From Piromyces finnis finn (lineage: Eukaryota; Fungi; Neocallimastigomycota): a stretch of DNA of 64,000 nucleotides. Every line of letters starts with the position of its first letter. Position 1 is the first letter of the stretch. The stretch covers positions 248,001 through 312,000 of the forward strand of contig MCFH01000036.1 in NCBI GenBank assembly GCA_002104945.1, written 5' to 3'. Positions 51,481 to 64,000 of the stretch are shown one piece after another. The notes under the pieces were generated by a model, which saw only the letters and a program-made list of their open reading frames with translations, was not told the origin of the DNA and searched no databases. A program made the position numbers and the translations under genes.

Positions 51481-53350
51481 ATGGCAACTACAACAGAAAA
51501 TTCACTTGATTCTTTAAGAGTTTTATGTGGTACCTGGAATGTAGGTGGATTCCAACCAAAACAAATGGTTGAATCAAAAGACAAATTAGACTTATCAGGT
51601 TGGATTAAAGTTCCAGAAGTTGATTTTATTCCTGAAATTGTTGTATTAGGTTATCAAGAATTAATGAAACCAACTCAAAGTGTCCAAAAACCAAGAACTA
51701 TTTCTCAAATGGATAATTCTAATAAATTTATTGATACCATCCTTTATGAAAATTGGATTCCACATATTCATGATAGTCTTCAAAAAATATTTCCAAATGA
51801 AACTTATACTATTGAAGTTGTTCACAGATACTATGGTCTTGGTATTATTGTTTTAAAGCGAAGCCACAATAATACCTCAACTGAAGTTTTACATTCATCT
51901 TCTTCATCAGAAGGAACCACAAATGTCAATAGTCTTCATTATGACATTAAAAGCATTTCTATTGGTAGTGTTGGTACTGGTCTTTTAGGTTTTATTGGAA
52001 ACAAAGGTGCTGTATCTGTAGGTTTAGAATTAGATGTAGGCTTAAGTGAACCATTAAAGCCATGTTTCATTGCCACCCACTTGCATGCTTTCCCAGGATT
52101 TAATAATTTTGTTGAACGTAATGAACAAGTCAATTATATTCTTGATACTCTTGTTCTTACCAAGATTGAAAAGGTTGAAGCTGATAAAGCTATTAATGTT
52201 AATGATGGTAAAGAAGATTGGAAGTGGGTATTTTCTAGACAGCTTTCCAAAGATTTATATAGTAAGGTTCAAGATTACGATTTTACTGTTATTATGGGTG
52301 ATATGAATTATCGTTTATTACAAAAGAAGGGTGAAAAGCATCACACCCAAGTTACTAGCTTTGTTGAACAAAATAAATATGATGACTTATTAGTTTATGA
52401 TGAATTAAGACATATTCGTTCCCAAAAAACTTTTAGAGAAGTTAAGAAGAATCCAGAAGTTAATACAGCTCAAACCTCAGAAATAAGAAACAGAAATATT
52501 AACGATCAAAATACTCAACTAGAAAGTACTCATCATCACTCTGAATTATTATTTAGTGAACAATTCAAGACAGAAGATTATAAAAAGAGTTGGGAATTAA
52601 TTAATGCCTTAATGAATAATAACCCAAAGAAACTTTACAATCCATTTTTAGGTTTTTCTGAAGCTAAAATTGGTTTTCCACCAACATATAAATACAAGAC
52701 TACTAGTAAAGGTATTTTAATTATTAAAGTTTGATATATTATTTGAAAATACTTAGGCATATACATATTTATTCATTTATATAAACATTATATTTTCTAA
52801 TTATATAATATATTAATAATGTTATTATACAATAGCTCCATTTATTGATTACGACTACAAAACTTACGGTAAGCCAGTTTTCTCTGGAAAGAGAATTCCA
52901 GCATACACCGATAGAATTTTATTCAGAGTTCAACATAAAAAATTAGATTTTGATAATGTTGAATATTGGCAAAGCTACAATAAATCCGTCATTAATGTTA
53001 AACGTTATGGTACTGATAGACGTTTAATGTTAAGTGACCACAAACCAGTTAGTGTTTCATTAGATATTAATTGGAAATTATTAAGAAAATTCAATGACCA
53101 ATTCCCAAAGGTCGAAACCTCAAAGGGTAAAATAATTGAACTTCTAGAAGACGAATCTGAAGTTTTAAGTAAAGATGGAGATGATGAGACTCAAGCATTA
53201 ATTCCAACTGATAATTCTGATTACACAATTAACCCATTATCTATTAGTGCTTTAAAGGCCCAACGTATTATTGTAAAAAGTAAAGCACTTATTATTAATG
53301 TTGTTGTATGCACATGTTTATTATGTTACTTATATTTATTCAAATACTAA
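51481..53350 (+). CDS. Inositol polyphosphate 5-phosphatase (581 aa) with a C-terminal hydrophobic tail, Inp54-like
   Basis: Exons 51481-52711 and 52836-53350. IPPc motifs GTWNVGG, GYQEL, GNKGAV, ATHLHA, MGDMNYR, FPPTYKY, RIPAYTDRILF and SDHKPV. Ends ALIINVVVCTCLLCYLYLFKY. Confidence 0.92.
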
Positions 53351-54289
53351 ATATATTATATATAATTAATAAAACCACTATAAAAATTCAAAACTGAGCA
53401 AAAATAAACACAAAGCGATTCTCATTATTTATTAAACAAATAATTTATAATTTATATTTTATTCAAAAGTTATCATCTTTTGCATTAAAAATCATTAAAA
53501 TTAAAAAAAAAAAAAACAACTCTATTATAAATAATAATCAATCCTCGACAAAAAGACAATAAAAAATAAATAAAATGATATTAAAAAAATAATAAAAATA
53601 GACACTTTTCCCTATTATAAATATAAGCATCTTTTTAGTGTTTAATCTTTTTTTTTATTAATAGCTTAATATAAAAAATATTTTTTTCTTAATTATTAAG
53701 GTTTAATTTTATATTTGATAAATTGATAATATTAATCCAAAAGTGGCAAATATGTTATATAGCCACAAATTCTTATTTATTTATTTTTTTTTATTTTTTT
53801 TTTTTTCAATTGTGGATTAAAAAAATTTAATAATAATAATAAAAAAGTCCTTTAAGATTAAACCACCACTTTAACAGATAATATATAAATAAAATGATAA
53901 ATGAAATGAAAAAAAAAAGAAAATTAGAAATAAACATTTAATTTCTTCTTAGAAATATAAATATTCTTTAAGAAAGAATAAGAAAATAATTTTAACCCTT
54001 CTTTCTTTCTTTCTTTCTTTTTTTTTTTTAGTAATAATGGTTTAATCATTTGTTCATTATTATTTATTTTTATTCGATTTTTAATTTATATTTATTTAAA
54101 TTATCAATAATATTTTATTTATTATTATTATTATTGTTTTTTTTTAAATTGTTTAATTTTTTTTTATAATCTACATACATTTATATTCATTCTATTTATA
54201 CATTAGAATTGTAACTATCTTTTTTTGATATTAAGTATTTCATAAGAAAAAAACAAAACAAAACAAAGAAATACAATTTTAAAATAGAA

Positions 54290-54642
54290 TTATCCAATTC
54301 TATTGCGAGGTGTTGAAGGGAATAGTTGCATTAATTCATTTGCTTTTTTCTTATCGGACCTTTGCTTATGTGATTGAACCCTTAAATACATGAACTCTCT
54401 TTGAAGTTTTACTTTTACTGTACCATTTGTTAAAAGTTCATTACTACCAGCGTTGAAATCAGGTTTTTGTGGTTGTTTGTCAAAAAAGCTCATTAAACCT
54501 GCCTTTTTTTTGGCTTCTTCTCTTTCTTGTTGCCATTTCTTTTCTGCATCAATACGAGCTTGTTTTTCAGCTTCGGAATATATTCTGGTACAAAATGAAC
54601 TATCATTTATATGGTTTTTACATACATAAAACCAATCTTTTG

Positions 54643-54677
<35 letters not shown>

Positions 54678-55249
54678 CGTTTATATATATTTTTAAAAAT
54701 AGCATAAAGAATCAGGTACATTGAAATATTGAGACATTTGGGTTAAGCATATGTATATTAATTGTTTATATTATTAATATTATAAATACAATCATAAAAG
54801 AATATATAAATACAAATCAATAAATTCTTCCGATATTAGAAATGTCTAACATTAAAAACAAAGAAAATTATAAATTAATTTTTGGAATTTAAATGTACCT
54901 TGAGAAGAATGAAGGAAGTAATTGGTTGGCTTTATATATAATTTTATTAGTGTTATTTTATATGGATAAAATAAATATATTATTTTCAACATTATTTGAA
55001 ATTTAATTTCGGAATGGATATAGTTTTATTATATATATTATTTGATATTTAATAATATTAATATAACCATACTTTATAGCATACAAAACAAGATCCTTCT
55101 CTATCCCTTGCAACTCTAAATATATATTCTTTATTTGATAACACATTAATGACATTGTAATAAATTACATTTAAATAGTATTATAAAATTACTTGAATAA
55201 TTATACCATTATAAAATAATGGAGTATTTGGATTGTTTCTTTGAGCCAT
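54290..55249 (-). CDS. VFA1: Vps4-associated protein 1 (Vfa1) family protein
   Basis: Four exons splice to MAQRNNPNTPLFYNEYIFRVARDREGSCFVCYKPTNYFLHSSQEPKDWFYVCKNHINDSSFCT..., matching the N..Y..RVA / CxxCYKP / D(W/F)FYVCxxHxxDxxFC pattern of the family. Confidence 0.75.
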
Positions 55250-55303
55250 ATTTTTTATTATATATTTTTTATATTATATATATTATATCCTATTGTTAAA
55301 ATT

Positions 55304-55340
<37 letters not shown>

Positions 55341-56459
55341 TATTTCTAAAAATATATAATGTAATGAATAATTGTTAAAAATTGTAAATAAAAATTAATT
55401 TTATAATGTATATATTTAAACAATTATATTGTTGTATGTATATTTCAATAGAATGAAAATTATTTTATTTTGATTTTTTTTATAAACTATTGTTAAAAAT
55501 AATATGCAAAATAAATTTTATATTACCCAATGGATGTTGTTTTTAACTAATTTCTTTTTGATTTTTACTTAATTCATTTTCAAAACACCTTTTAACAAAA
55601 TAATTTTATTTATTTATTATTTATGTTTTAATTTTTATAATTGTTATTTTAATTTATTTTATTATAAAATTATCCAATACCTTTTCATGATTTACCATAA
55701 AAATTTAAATCAAAGTAAATTTAAAATTATTTTTTGATAAAAGAAAAGAAATTTCTTAAAGGCAAATTATATAAAAGAATTATATTTATGAATTGATGTG
55801 TATATATATATTTATTTTTTGAGTGAAATAAAGTAATAGGAAAACAGGAATAGATATTAAGTTTTGATAAATAAATAGTAATTTTTAGAATTTTAATGTT
55901 TTTATTAAGAAAATAAAATTGAATACAAAACAAATAAATAATAAAAAAAATATTTCAACAAAATTTCACATCCATTAACCTAATTTTAATTTAGAAATTA
56001 CATATAAATTTAAGAAGAATATCCTTTTTTTGATTTTTTTTTAAAAAAAAAACAAACAAAAAAACGAAAAAACTCATTACTCATTTTGGTTTATAATCTT
56101 TTATTAAATAAAAAATATTATCAAAATTTTGAAGAAAAATATATTAAATTCCATATATAAATGAAATTTAAAAATAATAATTAAACAGACTTTGAAGCAA
56201 TCTAAAATTTTAATAAGCAATTTTCAATAAAAATTTAATATAATTGTTTGTAAAATTGTAAATATATTCTATCATTTAAAATACATAATTAGCCATTATA
56301 AATTTTTAAAGTAATACAAAATTAACTCATTCTTTAAATTATAATAGACATTATCATCAACATTTAAAAATATACTCAATTTTTTATTTTTATTTTTATT
56401 TTTTATATTTTTTTTTTCATAAAATAAAAAATAAGAAATTCAGCTTTTAATTATAGAAG

Positions 56460-59393
<2,934 letters not shown>

Positions 59394-60217
59394 AAAAAAT
59401 ATAATAATATAAATTATATATATATTTTACTTTAAATTTGGTTTATCTATATATTTATACATATATAATAAACTATTGTATATATATAAAATAAAAGTAT
59501 TTAAAAAAATACTAATAGAATAATACCATTACGATGTATATCAACCATAGAACAATATATTATGATAAATAAAATTGATTAATTTATATGTTTTAACTGT
59601 AGGGTTTAAAAATATCAAATCAATTGAATTTTACGAAACTTTATTATGTATTAGGAGGTTTTTCTCATAAATTACTATAAACTAAATGAAAGCAATGTAA
59701 AAGTATGATAAATGCAATAAATGTATTTTATTTTAAGAAAAAACATAAATTTTATTAATCTTTTAAAATATTAATATATCGATATTGAATTTTTTATTAA
59801 AATATTAGAATATATTCATTAAACAGTTGAATATTTTCAATAATATAGTGTATACTTTATTAATTTATAAATAAAGTATTATTAAAAAGATATGAATAGT
59901 AACTTTTTAAAAATATTTTTTTTATTTCATAAAAAGATTTTTTTTGAAATTTTATTAAAAATTTCATTATCACATTTATAGAAACTTTAAATTATAATAA
60001 AAGCTAAGATTTTAATAATTAAATATTTTTTTGATTTTTTAAATAAAATTGAATATTTGATTGGTTAAAAAAGATTTTTTTTTTTAAAAATTTTTATTAA
60101 ATTTTAAACTTTTTATTATAAAAGATTTTTTTCTTTGCAAGAAATAAAAATAAAATAAAAAGTATACAGAGTAAATTTATTTTATTTCAACAATAAATAA
60201 ATATATATATATAAACT

Positions 60218-62358
60218 ATGTCTAAGGAAACTTGTTGGATAGGTCTTAGTTTAGGTAGAGATAATGCTACATTATCTACTACTTCTGTGGTAAATTTCAT
60301 TATTCAAAATATAATAAATTAATGTTAATTTTGAAAAAAAGTAAAAGAAATTTTGGTTTTCATCGAAAAAATTATTATTAAATTATTTTGGAAATTTTGT
60401 CAATAGAAAATATTTGAGCTTAACTAATAAATAATAAATCAAGATATATAATTATATTATTAATTAACTTTTTAATGTTTAATTATTATATAATAAATTT
60501 TAATTTTAATTATATTTATATAGACTGATAATGTTGATATTATTGCAAATGAAGATGGTGACCGTTTAATTCCAGTTTGCGTTTCTTTTGGTCAACAAGA
60601 CTTTGTATGAATAATTAAATTAATATTTACAATGATATTGGAAATTAATATATATAATATAATTAGTAATTATTCTAAATAAATTTATTAAAAATATATT
60701 TATGTGTTATGTTTTTTTTTTTTATATTATATTATTTATGTTAAAAAAAATTTAAAATAAAATAGTTAATCGGTACTCAAGCTAAGAATCAATTAGTTTT
60801 CAATTCTAGAAATACAATCCAACAATTTATTGATATCATCGGAAAGAAGTAAATATTTTGTTATTTTAAGATTTATAGTTTTTTCATTAAATGAATATAT
60901 ATTTTATAAAAAAAAAAAAATAACAACAAACAAAAATTTAATTTTTAAATTGATTGTATATAATTAAAATATTATAAACTAATAATTCTAAAATTACTAA
61001 TTATATCATTATCAATGAAAAGCTATGATGAAATCGAAAACAGAGATGCTAAATTAGATGAAAATGAAGGCAAACCAGTTTACAACATTGAAATCTATCC
61101 ACCATACGATGAAGAAAATGAAGAAGAAGAAGTTGAACCAGAAATTAAACAATTTACTCCAGAAGAAATTTCTATTAGATATTTAGAAAATTTAAAAAAG
61201 AGTGCTGAAAATTTCATTGGTAAGGAAATTGAAGGTTGTGTTGTATCTGTTCCAATTTCAAAAATTCAAAATGATGACACTAGTGCTTTAAAGGATATTT
61301 TACATAAAGCTGGTTTTAAATATGTTCAAGCTATCAGTGAACCAGCTGCTGCTGTTTTAGCATACCTTGATAAAAATGGAGAAGAAGATACTTTATGTGA
61401 TAAAAACATTGTTATTGCTGATTTAGGTGGCAGAAGTTTCAAGTCTTGCCTTGTTAAGAACAGTTATGGTATTATTACTGTTTTATCTCAAGAAGAATGT
61501 CCAATTGGTGGAAAGGACTTTGATGATATTTTAATCAACTATTTCAAGAATGAATTCAAGAAGAAGAATCACATTGATATTGATGATAATAAACGTGCTC
61601 TTACCAAGTTAAGACTTGCTAGTGAAAAAACCAAGAGAACTCTTTCTCGTACAAGCAGTACTACTTGTAGTGTTGATTCTTTAGCTGAAGGTATGGATAT
61701 GCATTGTACCATCAACAAGATGAGATTTGATATGCTTTCCAACAAATTAATCAATGAATGTTTAAATACTATTGAAGATACTATTGATAATTCAAATGTT
61801 GACTTTGAAGAAATTGATGAAGTTATTATTATTGGTGGTGCATCTCGTATGCCAAAGTTCCAATCTAAGGTTGAATCTTTATTTGAAGAATACACTAAGA
61901 TCAAAAATGATATCGAACCAGATGAAGCTATAGCTTATGGTTGTGCTATTCAAGCTAAGCTTTTAAGTGAAAATATTGATAAACCAGAATACAAGAAATT
62001 ATTAGAAGATAATGAAATTAAACTTCCACATCTTACTCAATCTCTTGGTATTGAAGATACCAATGGTGATTTTATACCAATTGTTCCAAAGAACACTGTT
62101 TTACCAGCTACTCGTTTTATTGAAGTTGATAATACCAATACCCCATTATATTTTGCTTTCTACCAAGGAGAAAGTGAAGTTGCTTCCGAAAATAAATTAG
62201 TTTCTCAAGTAGTGATTGATGACTTTGTTATTGAAGGTGGTGAACCAAAAGAAGGTGAAAAGATCAGCATTAGAATTAATTTATCACCAGAAAATCTTGT
62301 CATTAATGCTCAAAATAAAGCTACTAAACAATCCACTAAAATCAGTATTAAAATATAA
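60218..62358 (+). CDS. SSZ1: Atypical Hsp70, ribosome-associated complex subunit Ssz1-like (~525 aa)
   Basis: Four exons. IIANEDGDRLIP, AISEPAAAVLAY, ADLGG, IGGKDFDDILI, CSVDSLAEGMD and PDEAIAYGCA. Degenerate phosphate-1 motif (WIGLSLGRDN). Ends after the SBD-beta region with no helical lid. Confidence 0.82.
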
Positions 62359-63013
62359 AATGCTGTTATAGAATTTTAAGATTAAAAAATAAACAAGTAA
62401 CAGCAACAACAATAAAAATAAAACATGAAAGGCAATTAGAGATTTTATAAAATTTTATCAAAAGTAATTATTCAAATCATAGAATATCAGTTTAATATAA
62501 TATTTAATTATATAGTTTAAAAAAAAAATAAAAGAATAAAATAAAGTATTTATATCTATTAATTTTTAAATAAAAAAAAAAAACAAAAAATAAATAAATA
62601 TTAAATATAATTTAAAACCTTTTTCAACTTTTTTTTGGTTATGAATTAAATTATTAAAAAATTTATTATTTTTGTCCTTTTATATATAATATTTTTTTAA
62701 TTTTCATTTATATATATATATATTTCATGTGTACACCAGGTTTATTAAAGTTATTTATAGATTATTATATTGAATATACATTCATATAGAAAATCAAAAA
62801 GAAGAAAAAGAAAAAAAAAGATTTATACGGAAATGGAAAAAAAAAAGACATTAGAATAATTAATTAAAAAAAAAAACAAGTATTATATGTATAAAAACTA
62901 AATATATAAACAAATAATACTAAATAAATACAATAATAATAATAATAATAATAATTATAATAATAATATAAAATTCCTTTATATTATTATTATTATTATT
63001 ATTAAAAATTTTT

Positions 63014-64000
63014 TTAAGATAAATGTATTAATGCAGATTCATAATCTTTTCTTTTCATATCAATCCACGTTTGAATCATTTTTGCATCTGTTAGGAAAGA
63101 TTGTGCATTTAAAACAAAGGAATTCTCGGATGGTTCATAACTTTTAATACCCTTTGCTAAAATGTCTATATCTGATGGTGGTAATGACATATCATTATCA
63201 ATGGCTATAGATGGTAATGAATCATTTTTTAAATATGAATAAGCTAAAATGTAAAAACGTTTTAAACTTAATTCTGCTTCTGTAAGAATTTTTTCTTGAA
63301 TATTTTGTTGACCATATACTGACCAGCATAAAGTACTGGCTTGACAAAGGAAAAGTATAGCTTTAATGTTTGGATCTATTGGAGTATCTTTTGGTATCAC
63401 ATTAGTAGAAATCATGTTATATGCTTCATTGTATAATTTAAATCCAATTAATGCTTGTGAAATATAAATTTTGGCAATAATATATCTGTAAAATATTTAT
63501 TATTATTATTATTATTATTATTTTTTTTTTTTAATTATATATTAGTAATTTAAAATATTATTAACTTAATATCTCATAATATTATTAAAATAATAAAAAA
63601 TTTATATTAGTAACTCACAATGTAAATGGAGAAACACCTAAAGTTTTACATATTTCATCATTTTGATCATTTTTGAAATCATTGACATCAACTAATAAAA
63701 AGTCATTTAACATGGTCAATACTAAATCATATTGCTTATATTCTAAATAAATATAAGCAACATTTAATTTTAAAATATCCATTAAAATTTTTAACTCATT
63801 ATCTGTGAATAAGGATTGACTTGGTTTACTGATTCTATTTTCACCATTGGCATCTATTTCATTTATAGAAAGACCATCCATAGAAAGAGAATCAAGTCTT
63901 AACTTTTCAATTAGTGTAATATTTTTTTGGAAACATTTAAAACTATGATTCAATAATTCTTTTGGTTCTTCTGGAATAGTTTCTGGTAATTGATAATTTG
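63014..64000 (-). CDS. TPR-like protein, C-terminal part, resembling CCR4-NOT subunit CNOT10; starts beyond the right edge
   Basis: Exons 64000-63619 and 63485-63014 (GTGAGT...CAG intron). Segments ELLNHSFKCFQKNITLI, ILKLNVAYIYLE, IAKIYISQALIGLNLYNEAY and IQTWIDMKRKDYESALIHLS follow the order of the CNOT10 C-terminal helices as I recall them. Confidence 0.5.

Overview
Very AT-rich, intron-rich eukaryotic DNA. Composition, short GT-AG introns and gene content suggest an anaerobic gut fungus (Neocallimastigomycota; inference). I rebuilt 12 spliced host genes by hand: a GH31 alpha-glucosidase (runs off the left edge), an uncharacterised SAM-methyltransferase-like gene with a 1-nt frameshift, a 1761-aa coiled-coil protein, CDC45, a ~1295-aa low-complexity/coiled-coil protein, a 1958-aa HR1/Uds1-like coiled-coil protein, coronin, SYF2, an Inp54-like inositol 5-phosphatase, VFA1, GCN5 and SSZ1. 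A partial CNOT10-like gene sits at the right edge. The main accessory element is an intact, apparently very recent Ty1/copia LTR retrotransposon (5532-11525) with identical 235-bp LTRs, a GATAA target-site duplication and one 1817-aa gag-pol ORF. Its primer-binding site has no TGG. It is instead complementary to the anticodon arm of tRNA-Lys(CUU), implying priming by a cleaved tRNA-Lys half-molecule. The element also has a compressed HHCC finger and a ~510-aa insert between integrase and RT. The second highlight is a dynein-adaptor CC1-box motif split across an exon junction and invisible in the ORF track. No rRNA, tRNA or CRISPR array was seen. All homology calls come from motif recognition, not database searches.
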